A DNA stretch of 64,000 nucleotides from Phoronis australis (lineage: Eukaryota; Animalia; Phoronida): contig NMRA01000041.1 in assembly GCA_002633005.1 (NCBI GenBank), positions 1,268,611 through 1,332,610 of the forward strand, in the 5' to 3' direction. Of this stretch, positions 38,124-52,229 are shown piece after piece. The position numbers and the translations under genes were made by a program. The notes under the pieces are model-generated. The model had not been told where the DNA came from. It saw nothing but the letters and a program-made list of their open reading frames with translations, and did not search any database. Position 1 is the first letter of the stretch; the number at the start of each line of letters is the position of its first letter.

Positions 38124-39039
38124 ATGTTTTTGTCACTGTAGTAAGCTTGTTAAACAAATCCATCATATTTGCTTTGCACTTGTGGAAGTTTGGCAATGGC
38201 AGCTATGGCGAGAGTGGTCTCACTGTGTCTGTCTATCTATTTCAGGAAGGGATTAAGTAGATACAGATGTGGAGGTCAGATGACCAGACAGATGTGACTA
38301 CAAAATGCAACCACATACATTTTGGCATGTGTCAGACAATGACAATTCAATAAAGCCCCAACTGGTAGAGATATACTATTTAATAATGCCACTTAAGATT
38401 CCAAAACAATTCACACCAACTCCCCTTGACCACGTGTCATGTGCAACTTAACTCCATTCAACTATACCAGTCAATGAGACAATCGAGTACTCGGCAAATA
38501 CAAAATGGCAACACCACACAAAGATTGTTATCAAAAACTTCAACATTGCCAGTAAATATTGCAAGGTGACTTAGCCAACTGATCCATTTTATGGTGAAAA
38601 GTGATTCACTACCTTTTTTTTCATTCACAGTGGTCCATTGCACAGAAAGTAGGCAAGATATATCAATCAGCAACACTCAAGCAAATCACGCTGGCACTAA
38701 AAGTGTAATACTTCATTCTACTCAACTGAAAGCTGAAGATCGTCACAAAAAAACAATGATAAAGAGGTGTCTTAACCCAAAGATCAACATTCCAGTCCTT
38801 CCACTTTACAACTAATCTAAGAGACTAGTCAATTGACAGTGCTATCAACAGGACAGTGTTCTGAATACACAAGAGACTTGAAGTCTTTGTGATATATCAC
38901 CATGTATTACAAGCAAAGAACGTGATCGCACAAATTTTCTCGTGAGTGTGTACATGGAATACATCAAAGTTATTAAGTACAAGTGTCCAACTGTGTTACA
39001 CGTTCCATGGAGGTAATGTTAGTCTTCAACAGTAGGCAC

Positions 39040-39164
39040 TCATGAGCTGGATTCTGACGACAGGTGAACTATTTCATGGAAAGCCCGCACTAAAGGGAGG
39101 GTTTGAAGAAGCTTTTTGTACTCGGCCACAGCATCCATGTTTATAGTATATTCATACATTCGGC
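39040..39164 (-). CDS. CENPO: CENP-O exon 6
   Basis: ttttcag|GRMYE...LLQTLPLVRAFHEIVHLSSESSS*. Confidence 0.85.
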
Positions 39165-42100
39165 CTGAAAATACAAAATGTTTTACTTTGTATTTTGACA
39201 CAGCATTGAATTCTAAGTCAGATAATGAAATTTTGGCTTATCATAATACCTTAATTTTAGAAGATGTTGTTTCCATGGATACTTTTCAGTACAGTTTCTA
39301 AAAAATCAGAAACAGCATTTGGATATATCTGTACAAACAGCCTTATCACTATGCAGTTCTTTCGGAAACTTAAGTCAAATGTCTGTTACTTCACAAATTA
39401 ATAAAAATTCTAGAATTACACTGCCATGACTACAAAATTTACCAGGAAAATTGTCCAGCAGATGTTACAGTCATGAGTTGTTATCCCACCATCAGAATCC
39501 CTCCCTCTAGATGTTCTACTGTCTTCTTAGCAGCACTTAATCACACTGTATATCTACATAAATCCTTTGATCTACAGTAGTTCCTTGGAACAATTTGGCA
39601 GCCCATGCTGCAAAGCTACCTGTCTATACTGCTTCAACAGAGCCCTCTTCCTAAATTATCCTCTTTCACTGTCACTTTAATTACCCTCTCACAAATTTTG
39701 TATGTATATAAACACGCACCACACCAGGGTTATTTAACATGCGCCACTGTGGAATTTCCGTTCAACAGCACATTGTCCACAGAAGGAGACTTAACGGAAC
39801 TGTATACTGCAGTTGAATCCAATTACAATGTATAACAAAGAACCCAAAAAATCTGAATCCTATGATAATTTGTTGTGACCTGGGTAGACTTACATACATC
39901 AGGTAAAAGTTAAGTTCGTTCTTTATACCTCTGTTGAAATTGTAAATGGGGTACATTGTAATGTGATAGCAACTTGGCTACGGCAACAAACATGACAATG
40001 TCAAAAAACAAAATAAAAAAGTCAACAACTAAAGAACAGCATGCGCGCACCCAGCCTTTAATATGGAGGGGCTCGAATCTCTGACAAAGTGGACATTTTG
40101 CTAACAAAAAAGCGGGAGGAATAAAAAAAAACGAATACCACCTTCAGGTCTGTGAACTGTGCGTCTTCGCCTTTTTAGCGGACTTTTGTCTCATTTTCTA
40201 GGACTTTTTGTTTCTCTGAGGCCGACCTTTTTACCCACTTCGCCAAATGGGTGGGGCTCATTCGAGCCCCCGAGTACCCATGGGTGCGCGCATGAACAGT
40301 ACGTCATAGAGAAAAATGGATGGCAGATCTATCCACACTGAATTTCAGATAAATCAGACTAGGGACAGCGGAGCTTTGAAATATCGAAAAGTGGCTGCTT
40401 TGGAGCCATCTTCAGCCCAAAACCAATAGGCCTTGAGCTATTAAAGAGACACGTGATGTGTGAATTTCATGTCAATCGGATAAGAAATGCAAACAAAAAG
40501 CAAACAAATAAGTAAAATTTATAAATTTAAAGAGGAACTGATTTGCCTAACAATTTCATCAACTTAGAATTAATGTCGTGCAAACTGTACTTTGCTGGTT
40601 CTTTCAAACCACACCAGCTCAGGTCTGCCTGCTGCCAATCATGGGTGTTACTACCAAACATCCCAATAGATGGTGCTACAGGGCCAAGGACAACATAAAT
40701 AGACTACTCACCCTCACTTGTGATGCCGACCTGGCATGGATATTGATCAGCTAGGTTATACTGGAGAGAAAACTGGTAAAAAACAGTTTCCGTAGCAACT
40801 GTAAGCTGTATGTAGTCATAAGATTGGTTGGTCTTTATGTCACCTTTAACCATAGTAGCCTTTTCTTCCTGGTAAATGTAATGTTTGAATATGTACAAGA
40901 GATGCTTTCTGTGGACAATTTGAGTTCTAATGAAATGGCCAAGATCTTTGAGTAAACAAAGACACAAACAGGCAAACGATTTTGGGACCTTAGTTGAGTC
41001 CCTATTTGGGACTGTTTCATGCAACGCGACACAGGGGTCTCCAGGCAGGTCAGGCAAATCAGAACAATTGGAAATTGAATACAATCATTGAAAGATTAAG
41101 GAATAGCGACACCCCTAGTTATGAATTATGAACATTAAAACAACAAAACGATGAGTACCACACAGTGCTCGTTATGCCCTTAAAGCAAAATCACAAACTT
41201 CAAATTTGACTACGTCAAATATTCCCACTGAAGTACTCCGTCCAGTTATCATGATTGCTTGGTTAGAAATACTAACAAATTGTCATGGAAGACCAAAACA
41301 TGAACCAAGATACTAATTTACAAAAAGATGAAAAAATGCAATACTATATTTTCATAAGAGGTGTAACAACAGACCTGGACCTCAATCACTTGTTGTCGCC
41401 TAGCAACAAATGCATTCAGATACGTTCCCACGGCTGCAATATATTCCTGAATGCTGTGTTGTAGTAGATCTGTGAGACTGTCCAGGGGTATGAAGCTGGG
41501 TAGAGAGTGGTGTAACAAAGACATCTTGTGCTCTTCAACTTCTTTCAACTCAGCATGATATGATTCGAAAAACTGACAGTTGTAAAATGTGTCCCAGGAC
41601 AATAAAACATTTCCATTCTTCAGTTTCTCATAGCTAATCCCTGCAAGGAATACTGCACAGTAAAAATGACACTAGGTTTCCAATAATCAGAGAGTCTAGA
41701 ATAATGTCTCCAAACGCAACAGGTGTTGTTGTTGTTCATTGCCACGAAAACTTGAATTGTGTCCTCAGTGTCTTGATGCGAAAAAAGTTCAAGAACAGCA
41801 TTCTAATATGCTTCGAGTGGAATGCAACTCTATTTTTGACGTTATCTTTGGAAAAAATAGAACCTTGGTTACCTTGGAAACATATTTTTTCATGCTAACT
41901 GCTGTTCCTTTGGCATGTTTTTACTATCCATAGAGCAATAAATGATAACATGAACAGCCTAAAAAAGTCCCGCCCCTTAGTTTTGCATTCACATCCACAG
42001 AGAAAGCACAATGAAGTACTCCGCATTGAACAGTCTGTGTCGGTCATTCAGATTTGATCATTGGAAGTAAAAGTCGGGCCTGCATGTAGATGTGGACCAA

Positions 42101-45100
42101 GGTTTGGGTCATTTAGGGCACTTTCTTTTGTTCCATGGATAGCAAATAGTTTACAAAGAACAGTAATTATAAGTAGGTGTTAATTTCTATCCATTTAAGA
42201 CAAGGATTTTTTTAAATTTTTACTATTTAGCTAACATCAACAACAGCTGATTTCCCTTCTAGAGTCACACAGAGCGTGCAAACGCCAGACACACCACATG
42301 AAAATAATATTTTTGGCATGAATGGGTGAACGGCTTTGCTTTGAATAAGAAAAGAAACAACTCGGGTTCTAAACAAAGAAACGCCAGATAAGTTGACATT
42401 TACTAAATATACACGTGACATTTTACACTTGTGACATATTTTACAAATTGTAAAATCATCTTGAACTTTTCAAGAAAATAAATGAAAAACAACTTGAATG
42501 TGTACACTTGTAGAATATGATGATAAAACTGTATACATATCGACACATTTTTTCTTAGATGGCTAGAAAAAATTTTTAGTTTGAAGTTGATGACGGAACC
42601 GCTGAAGTAACAAGCACTTACGACCCTTTTAAATAAACAACATGGAGGATTAAATCTGTAGTCCCAAAAAACAATTAGTTAAATTTGTCGATCGATGGTC
42701 CGCACTCACCTGTAAGCCTGTAGGCCAGTTTGATCTCATCAAGTCTATCCTTGTGAATGGTAAGTAATTGATGAGTATTGGTCAAAGCTTGATCATCACC
42801 ATCAGTCATTCCCTGGCAAAGATAGCAAGAGGCATCATAAGACTAAAATCATTGAGGAAGTAAGAAATTCTTGGCTTGTGGCTACAAAAACTTAGTAATA
42901 CTCAAAATTCAAATCGAAAAAGACCAATCACCTCAAAAATTCACTTATAACCGTGCCATGCTATTGGTCAATGTTGTGAAAGTTACTTTATACACTCAAG
43001 CAATGGAATAACATGGAATTCACCATTGTGACAATTGACCGCAAGTCATATTATCTGTCATGACATCTGTGGGCAAGTGGAGTAACTGGCATGACGAGTC
43101 GGCCATGAAGAGGACAAGGAAATTTAAGAGTGCATACTTTTGGCATGTAAATGAACTGCAAGTTGAAGTCAAATTCTGATCTTAATTCTGGTAAATAGTG
43201 CTTTAAGGTGGTCGCATGGTTGTCAAGCTATAGTACTGAAATTCCTCACTTATTTAGCACAAATCTGTCAACACCGTCATTTTTTCTATTTTTCAATGGC
43301 CCATTACCATACTACAAATAATGGGAACTTACTTAAAGATGTTTGATAACTTCTATCTAATCTGCTCAATCATAGCTACTAATACACCAACGTTTTACTA
43401 ATCTAATTGTTCAGAAACTTGACAAAAGATATTTTACTTTACCACCACTTCAGTGCTAAATAGTGACACAATTGTCTATCAACTTAGTCAAAATTTTGCA
43501 ACCTAAAATAAATTTTGGTCAAAATTTAGCCAGCTTATTGTTGCATTGTAGAGCCAGACCACTGTTATCTACATATAAATGAGCTTGGTGGAGATTTAGC
43601 CAATATTGAAACGAGATCTAGCCCTGAAAAGAAAATGGATATTTTACTATTCTGAGCATCGAGACATTGTTGATGTCCCAAGTTGCCTAGTTTACTTTGG
43701 TAAATGGTATTCACAAGAACTGTCTTCAAATGCGCTGAAATCACATCAATTTAAGCCTGTCACACAACATGTCAGGCAAGGTAAATTCTGAATTAGTTTT
43801 GCCATTCTTATGTGAAAAAGATAACACTGGATTGTTGTACTATTCTGTTTGTCAAGTTCTGTATCATGGCAACCTTCAGCCAATGTTGAAACCACATTTC
43901 CTAGAAATTTATCAGCCAAAAATCGAAAAACTGCTAAAGCAACAGGTACTTGAGAGCACAAAATCGATACCAAAATAACGTTACCAACAACCATAAACAA
44001 CTCCATGAATTGCTTCAGATTCAAGAACTTAGTAAGGTTGGCCAACCCTAAAAATGCAAATTTAAAGTGGCTCTTGTACACAATCATGTATACTAAATTG
44101 TACATGACTTGAGTAGCTGACGTATTCAGCAACAATCCTGCATTGGATAACTGTGGTCATTTTTTAAACTCCAAAGTGATTTGGTTAAGAATTCAACACG
44201 AACAGCCAAACAGCATCAAACTTCCATTTACATTGCCTTCATTAACAACTAGCAGTAGAAGCCTTTAAAACATGACCCAAGTTTTGACACAATTTTGTTC
44301 CAAACTGGAGAGATTCTTCAGTCTGTAACTCTCGTCTTGTCAAGTTATAAGTAGCACCTTTTCATATTTGCTGATACTCCTTTGAAGCCTCAGTTTTGTT
44401 TCTCTCAATTGGTGAACTCTCTTTTCCATCTTGTCTATGGCAGACTTCTCTCGCTTTTGTTCGCTTTGGCGTAAATTCAAGCTATTGGAGTAGTCATCCA
44501 GTTCCTGGAGCTGCGTGAACATATCTATAAAATGGTTATGATCACAGTTAAGTATGAGTCATAACAAAGTGCAATCTAAATAGCCAGATCATGTAAAATC
44601 AAAATTGTCAACTTCAAACTCGGCATAGTGACTTGCAGGGAGGAGGTCCCACCGTTTCTTCCACTGAATAACCAGCATCAAACTGGTTCTCAAAATCCAT
44701 ACACTGAATAACCAGCATCAAACTGGTTCTCAAAACCCATACACTGAATAACCAGCATCAAACTGGTTCTCAAAACCCATACACTGAATAACCAGCATCA
44801 AACTGGTTCTCCAATCCATACACTGAATAACCAGCATCAAGCTGGTTCTCAAAATCCATACACTGAATAACCAGCATCAAACTGGTTCTAAAAATCCAGA
44901 ACCCTTGTAAGTAGCTATTTTAATTTACATTCAAATTGTGCTCTACATCATGTTTTGCTGTAAAAATCTTGCCGAGAACACAGTAACTTCACACCATCCA
45001 TGCAGCACAGGTCTCCAAAAATATAAATCCCAACAGCTGTCCACAGGAGACCTAAGTCCTAAGTGGGTGATTGTGATAATAAAATACCACAGGATGTTGA

Positions 45101-47246
45101 GTTGTCTCCATAACTGAGAGCTGGATGGTGACCATTTAGAAGTTGATTCTTACAAAACAATTTGTTGTGTGTCAAGCGGGGATAACCTGGTGCAAAGAAA
45201 CATACAGCTTTGCACTGATGTGAGTTAAAAACTGGAAACTAGACAAACAGGCATTCTACAGTTATTCGACTGCTAAAGTTATGTCCTGTAGAAATCTTAT
45301 GCGTTGGCTTTCGGCACCATGAAATACAGCGTCACCTCTTGGCCAGTTTCTTTTTTCTACAATGTTCCAATCAATTGTTCTTATTCTACACGAGTGCATA
45401 CATGTCACAACAAATTACTGGAATTGGTTTCACTTCATCAATAGTTTTTAGTAGAACACATTTTGCAACCATAATCTTCCAAGAACTGTCACAAAAATTT
45501 ATGAAATGGCGTGCGAGCATGATGTCAGTCCACGAGCATATCAGTAGTTTTTTCAAAACGATAGACTTTTCTTTAAGAACTTACAAAACAGTGGCAGATT
45601 TATGGGGGGGCGAGGGGGTCATGCCAGATTCCATTTGGCAGTTCGGGAGTGCAAATGTCTGATGGACAAAATCCTGGCTAATACTCTGCCTTGCTCCCCC
45701 CCCATTCAAAATCCTGGATCCGCCCCTGCAATACATGGAGAATGATGCAAAAATAAAGTTTATTAGATTGTTTTTTACTTAAACGGCTCCACCGGGCAAG
45801 GTGAGTGTCAGTTGACTCCCATATTTTGCATGCACCCCTTCAGTCATTAGCTCTGCATGTTGATATTTAAGTTTCATGATGAGGTGACGAGAAGGACTAC
45901 CTTGGCATCATGAAATTTCAAAGTCTATTAGAACCTAACATACAATGGCTCCTGGAGCTCTGTATTTTGACAAAGTCATCATCATGTTAAATGTAGCTAG
46001 CTGGCAACACTGTTGGATTTACTCTAATATCTTGTACACTTGAAACACAGTATTATAGTAATCTGAGATGGAAATCAGCAATGGCAGCCATACCAAGAGG
46101 TGGCAGCACAGACAAGGGACGTGTTTACATTTAACAACAGCTTTTAGACACTTACTCATTCCTTAATACCAGGATTTTCCGTAGATAAGCCTATTGGCAT
46201 GTATTCAGAAAATAAAAAATTTCAGGTGTTTTACAGAAACCCGCTCGGACATTTGTTCGGAAAAAAGGGGTGTGTCAATGAAGTCATCATAAAGTTTGGA
46301 TTACTTCCTGACATTTCTTACTTAAAACTGAGTTTTTAAACTTTATGTTAATAAATGCATAGTTTGCCAAGGCAACGCTTGTTTGAAGAAATGATAAATG
46401 CTTCACAAAACGGAATTCGCTACTAAAAGTTGACGCTGCGTGGGGCTTTTACGAGGAAATTTTCCAAATAAATGCTCCACTATCTGGACACTTGACACCA
46501 GAAGTTAGAACACCAAATAAATGCCCATGGGTGTTTATTCCGCATAATTTTTCAAATAAATGCCCATGGGCATTTCATCGGGTTAGTTTATAAACGGAAA
46601 ATGGTGGGAGCTAACCCATGTGTGCCAGTCTGCCAGAGTCATCTCAGTGATTATCTAGAGGAAATTGAACCACTGACCATGATAAAAGCGTACTAACCAT
46701 CCATCTATAGCCCACACTAGACTATACCCAGTTACTAGTTAGTGAGAGGCTAGCTGCCACTATACTAAAGCTCATCTGCATTCTAGATTGATTCCCGGTT
46801 CGGGACATCTTCAGATATCGACTACATCTAGAAAAGTTCCACCTCCGTCTCTGCCTAGGTCTGAGGGTGAAAACACTTGCACTCCAATTCTTTTGTCAAA
46901 ATGTGAAATACACAACAGTGACAGATCTACGTTTTCAGTAAGGGGGAGTTTAGGATTTGCGCGAATGCGAGGCGCAGAGCACCGAGCGGGGGAGGTCGAG
47001 AGGGGGTTTCCATCCTCCCGTGTAAGATTTTTTCGGAGGTTTTGTAGATGATTTCGTTTTCCAGGCGACATATCTACATTTTTACTTTTGATGCTGTCCC
47101 AGGGGCGTTAAGCCCCCTGACCAGCCACGCCCAGAGTAAAGAAAATCATCGGAATCGGATACAGTACAGGGATACACATACACAACACAACACAAGTAAA
47201 TATGGTTAGGCCTACCTGGCGCTAGTTGCTGCTCATCAGTACCCAT
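39040..47246 (-). CDS. CENPO: Centromere protein O (CENP-O, COMA/CENP-OPQU complex), 6 exons, 282 aa
   Basis: Phase-compatible GT-AG exons 47246-47216, 44524-44358 (coiled coil), 42812-42710 (KLAYRLTG), 41640-41375 (TFYNCQFFESY...LHHSLPSFIPLDSL...YLNAFVARRQQV), 40868-40712, 39164-39040. AYxxTG, HHSxPxFIPL and LNAxxxRxxQ are CENP-O double-RWD signatures. Confidence 0.88.
40040..40294. mobile_element. hAT-like MITE family B
   Basis: TIR catgcgcgcaccca / tgggtgcgcgcatg; perfect 5-bp TSD aacag. Confidence 0.85.
40712..40868 (-). CDS. CENPO: CENP-O exon 5
   Basis: tttaccag|EEKATMV...LQYNLADQYPCQVGITSE|gtgagt. Confidence 0.85.
41375..41640 (-). CDS. CENPO: CENP-O exon 4 (core domain)
   Basis: ccttgcag|GISYEKL...HHSLPSFIPL...LNAFVARRQQVIEVQ|gtctgt. 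Confidence 0.9.
42710..42812 (-). CDS. CENPO: CENP-O exon 3
   Basis: tttgccag|GMTDG...IKLAYRLT|gtgagt. Confidence 0.85.
44358..44524 (-). CDS. CENPO: CENP-O exon 2 (coiled coil)
   Basis: ttttatag|DMFTQLQELDD...ISKYEK|gtgcta. Confidence 0.8.
44662..44898. repeat. 40-bp minisatellite, about 6 copies, in CENP-O intron 1
   Basis: Unit cactgaataaccagcatcaaactggttctcaaaa(t/c)ccata. Confidence 0.95.
45589..45728. mobile_element. hAT-like MITE family A
   Basis: cagtggcagattta...gatccgcccctg; flanks caaaa/caata. Confidence 0.75.
46166..46604. mobile_element. Degenerate pogo/Tc1-like MITE
   Basis: tacc..attttccgtagataagcc start and repeated ataaatgcccatggg subterminal motifs near aaacggaaaatggt. 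Confidence 0.3.
47216..47246 (-). CDS. CENPO: CENP-O exon 1
   Basis: ATG MGTDEQQLAP, CAG|GTAGGC phase 1, next to an ETS-type promoter. Confidence 0.65.
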
Positions 47247-47369
47247 ACCAAAATTTTAACAGCACGTCCTCAGCGTCAACTGGGCCAGTTTATACGGCGG
47301 TACCTAGGTCGGACCAATATTACTCTCAGGGTGGTACTGTTGTAGTGTTGAGTCCTCAGCGAATAACTT

Positions 47370-47460
47370 GGAAATAGCGCCGCTTTGACCGGAAGTTATA
47401 TCTACTACAAGCGACATCTAACTGGAAGCGGGACAACATCAACGTGCCAGGTATGCACAA
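47370..47460. promoter_or_regulatory. CENP-O core promoter region
   Basis: ETS-type CCGGAAGT at about 47389-47396 and a CTCF-like gcgacatctaactgg at about 47411, roughly 150 bp upstream of the ATG. Confidence 0.45.
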
Positions 47461-49493
47461 TGACATCTGTTGTCGAAAACCATGATTCTATTTTTGGACA
47501 TTTTCTACGTAAGCCAACACTGCGTGTATGCAAACGCGTAGTTCTTCTTGGTTAATGGAAATGTAATCCTATCAAGGTAAAAACTATAAGAGCATTTTAT
47601 AAGCGTAAACCGAGGTCGCATTTCATTTCTTACAGCTAAATGGTGTGTAATGAAGCCTAAAGTCAAAAATAGAATGTACATGTATAGGCTAATTTCAACA
47701 TTCTGAACACCATAAAACTTAGTGTAAGAAGAAATATTGTATTTACCATCAGAGAAAACAACATAGAATTTGTAGTTTGCAGGTTATTCATTTTATTTTA
47801 CATTGTTTCATGACACATACGAACCATCTTTAAGGATCTGTATGATATACAATATTAGTTAGCATTGATGAGACTTATTCAAAGCAGGTACCTGCAGAAC
47901 AAATGAAGTCTCAAACAACTGAGGAAGAATAAAAATGATCATTGAATAATTTGAAATAAAAATCTCATACACACTAAAAAGTGGACTATAGTCGGATATG
48001 GCATAACCTAACATTTGAGAACCAGTTTGATGCCTATTATTCAGTGGAGAAGCTAGTTCACAAAAAGCGCCACATCTGACTTAACCCTGTGTCTTATCCA
48101 CGTGCAACTCACAATTTTCAACCTGTTGCAACATTTTGAGTACAAATACAAATTTCGAAATACAAAAAGTAGTTTACAAATTTTAGACTTTATTATTTAG
48201 AAAGACAATGATGCCCACTATAGTTTACATTTTCAGAAAAAAATAGTTTTGCAATACAAATAATTACGTGCACACAACTAAGAGAATGGCAAGTCAATGG
48301 GTAACTTGTTATTAAATAGGTGTAGCTTATTAATGAATGCCCCTCTGACTGACATCTCAAATAAAGTTAAACTTGTTTTTATTGAGCAACATACTTTTCC
48401 TTGTTCTGTGGATGATGCTAAAGAGAGCTTTAAGTTATGCATTCAGCAGTGATTGCTCAAAACAACCAACCACCTTCCAAATGAACAACCCATCCCCTCA
48501 AAACAGATGTATGTTTATCCTAAAATATAATTACAAATAATTTACACCAAAACAACAGCAACATTGAGTACTGAGAATGGATGTTGATTGTTATCAAATA
48601 TTGACTACTACTTGATGCAGAATATGTTAAAAAACAAAATCAGTTGTTTTGTTGTCAACACTTTCCAACAATTGAGCACTTTGGAAATAAACTGGCATCT
48701 AAACATGCGAAAATAATAAATAAGACCAGTAGGTGACACAGAATACAACTTATCCATCTGAAAATGAATAAGTACTGTAATCAAGATTTACAATGATTGT
48801 TGAAATACCTATAGATAAACAGTAATTATTAAACAACATTTTGTCAATGTTTAGTAGTAAACCCTGAATTCCTAACCCAAGTCCTTAGGAGTTTAAAACA
48901 TCACCATGTTCATTATATAGTTCTTGAGTCATTTGAATCGGGAGTAGATCATTTTCACGTGTTAGTACCAAGCAGGCCAATTGTAAAATATAGTCAACTA
49001 TCACTTGTGTTAATATTAACTAGTTATATCTTAAATCCAAGCTTAAATAAATTTTACAAATGATAGTCCACTCTTATCAAAAATCCAGTACAACCTGTGT
49101 GTGGACTGTAAAATACTGTGGCCAATTAAGTCATGTACAGTTATCACTGTTTCTTACAAGATCAAAGGGCAGCAATAAGTGGCCTAAATCACAATTTAGT
49201 TTTTTCAACAAACCCCGGACTTGGTAAGTGTAGGTATAGGTAAAGCGTATATTATAAACCAGGGTGTGGGTAGATACAACAAAAGAGACATTAGCACAAG
49301 TGCTACTTACAGATAGAAAATACATGTTTAGAGAATTATTTACAAAGAGGTACACATAGAAAATACACATGCAAAAAACATACACTACTCTGTATAGAAG
49401 CCTTAGTCAAAAACCTAACGGTTGAGTTGTAAATTTACTTTCAGTAAATTCTATGAGTCTCTGTTAGCCACTCGCTGATGGGAAATTGTCCAC

Positions 49494-49565
49494 TGGCTGA
49501 ATGGTAAGCACACTTGCCAGTTTTATCAGGGTATTTATCAGGGTTGTGGTTCGATACCCTGAGGT
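49494..49565 (+). mobile_element. tRNA-derived SINE head remnant
   Basis: A-box-like tggctgaatggtaag and B-box-like ggttcgatacc; no intact cloverleaf. Confidence 0.35.
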
Positions 49566-50991
49566 TGGATAAACTCGGCTACAACTACAATTGCCAACGC
49601 GATGCAAAAGACATGACACAACATCGAAACGATTCTGGCATATTGTAACATCTTATTGATGCAGGCAATTTGTTCCAGAGAAACACTTCAATTGAGACGT
49701 AATAAATTTATGGACTCGCCCTCATTCTCATTTGATGATTTATTTTATTCGAATAAAACCTTATTTTCATTTATGTCGAGCTCCAATTTACATTCACTTA
49801 GAAAAAAAGAAGATCTGAATATTTTTTGTAAACATTGTCATATCGTTCGAGTGTCTGGACAAGTGGCGCCCTCTGCTCCCCACATCTCGCACAGGCAAGC
49901 AAAGAAAGAAAATATGAGTATTTGTCGGAGTGTCTCCACAGAAAAAGAGTGGGTGAAGTATTTCAAAAAAACACTGGGGTAATTTCCATGGCTTTTAGAA
50001 AATTACGAGGCAGCACCAAACCCAGTAAAAGATTTTGAAGTGGAGATGTCATTCAACTACACGGCTGTCAAACGGCACTTGGAAATTTGGCCTTTACTAT
50101 GAACTCGGTGAAGGTGAGTTGGAATACATGCAATTATTCTTTGGTAGTGTTAAAACTCATATCAAAGATTTCGTCACAACTACTAGTTAGTAACACTATC
50201 CACTTAGCTCGGTACTCAAAGACGGTATTCACTTTATCTCCAGATCAGATACAGATTATAATGTCCAACTGCGTGTGCCTATTACTTTGGGTGTACTTTG
50301 ATTTTGTTTTGTTGGTACCAATAACTGTGCACACTATTTTGTTATATTGGGGTTTATTACATTGCTGGTGCATTTTTGGGCTGAATCTTGACCCTCTCTG
50401 GTTCCCTGCGCGCCGCCGCTAGGGGGTCAGAGCCAGCACGCAGGTATCCGTGACTTAGTAATTTTCCTCGGGAAATATTTTTACACCGGCGTTTCTGATT
50501 GACTAGTCGAATTCTCAACAGGCAGCGCTTTACGCAACAAACTGGCATGTGATGGACTGAAGTGTAAAATGTGGTCTGTTATCTGACACACAGGTGCTTA
50601 AAATTTTTGTTCGGGAAATTGTGGTTGCACCTTTTCGGAGTCACGGCATCTTTCTACTGTCGATGCACTTTTGTTTACGGTACTGTCCTGTAGTCATACA
50701 GTATGAATAACACTCTGTCAGCTGCTATTAATCATGGCCACCAACATGTTTATAGTGCACTTGCTTGCAGTTTGCTGACAATACCTACGTATGTTCAGAT
50801 CGTTAAATATAGATACTATTACATATTGAAACCACTCTCTTTCATTTGGCTTATTATTGATAGTACGTAAAATACATGACAGCCTCCCTTTCAGTGACTT
50901 TACCAGACGAAGGGGCTTCTGAGCGTGTGATAACACTCTAGCTTCTTTGTTAACTGCCAAGCACAGTCTTTTGTCTGTTATGACAACAGGC

Positions 50992-51410
50992 AGGCCAATT
51001 ATCTATCATGCTAATTATTACAGACCACGTGTGAACACCGTCAAACCCAGAGTGAACTGATATATTCCGAAAGAATAGATTATCGCAATTAAACTTCAAT
51101 TCGGTTGCAGTTGGGCGATTTTGGCGATTCAAAAACTAAACACTGATTTGACGACGATTTCAGAAATCCTATTGGTTTATGTTGAAATATGTTATAACTT
51201 AACTTATTTTTAACAGCAAAGCTAGCCCAGTCAGGCTAGATACGATCTTATTGAAGATGAGAGCATAAAAGAGAGCTGGCCCTCCAACCATGAATGCCAG
51301 ATTGGAGTTAATCAGTCGTGTAAGATATTGGCTACAAGAGTAAACTTCCCAACTTGATGTTGGGCTATAGATTCGAACAAGATGGGAGCAACGGGAAAAC
51401 ACCGTAATGA
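50992..51410 (+). repeat. Interspersed repeat, inverted partner at 55553-55944
   Basis: Shared tagcccagtcaggctagatacga and attacagaccacgtgtgaacac in opposite orientations. Confidence 0.85.
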
Positions 51411-52229
51411 TTACAGCCGTAGTTCTACTTATTGGTGAACCATCAGCTGCCGTACTACGGGTGTAACGAGACACTGAAAAAAGTAACCATATCTCAAGAG
51501 AATAAAACCTAATATGTACATCACCGTGTATAATTCAAGATTAATTTAAAAATATAGTGATTGTATTTCAACCTAATTAAAATAATATTATGGTTGGTGA
51601 GTTGCCCGGATTAGTAGTAGCCGCTTTAAAAGTTGGTGTGGTGGTAAAGTCACAAGGCACATGCTTCCCAAAGAATTGCAACATTTTAGGCTACAAATTC
51701 TAAGATGAATTTCACCTCACACAGTTAGGTTTAGTTTGGCACAAACTTCTCACTGGTAAATACCCGACAGAATGGGTCAACACTACGGGGAATTATGTAA
51801 CAGCTCAAGTGAATTATCACAGCTCTTTTCCATTGGATTAATTTTGGCATGATGAAATGATTTATTATATGGAGTTTATTGGATGAACGTAGTAACAAGC
51901 ACTGACCAATAAGTTCGCTCAAAAACTAGACGATTGAAGAGCAAAAATCGGTTCATTTGACTGACTTATATGTCGCCTGGTCACATATAGTGCATGGCCA
52001 CATTCATTGAATCTATATTTTACCCCCAGGGTTTAGGGCGAGCAACAACAACACTGAGCGTAGATTATCTGAACACTTTCATCTTAATTCTTATATGTTA
52101 TAAATAGTTATTACAAAAGGGTGAGGAGTTGATTCAACATCGGACACAAAATTTCTTTTCTACACCGTGACAAATTCGCCAGTCATCAGAACATACACTT
52201 TCTGGTTCATGAACTCTCGTGGCCTGTGG

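Noticed and set aside
44662-44898. Palindromic 40-bp repeat resembling a CRISPR array
   Set aside because: The units are contiguous with no unique spacers, there are no cas genes, and it lies in a eukaryotic intron.
49494-49565. Possible tRNA gene
   Set aside because: Only A/B-box-like motifs with no foldable cloverleaf; treated as a SINE relic.
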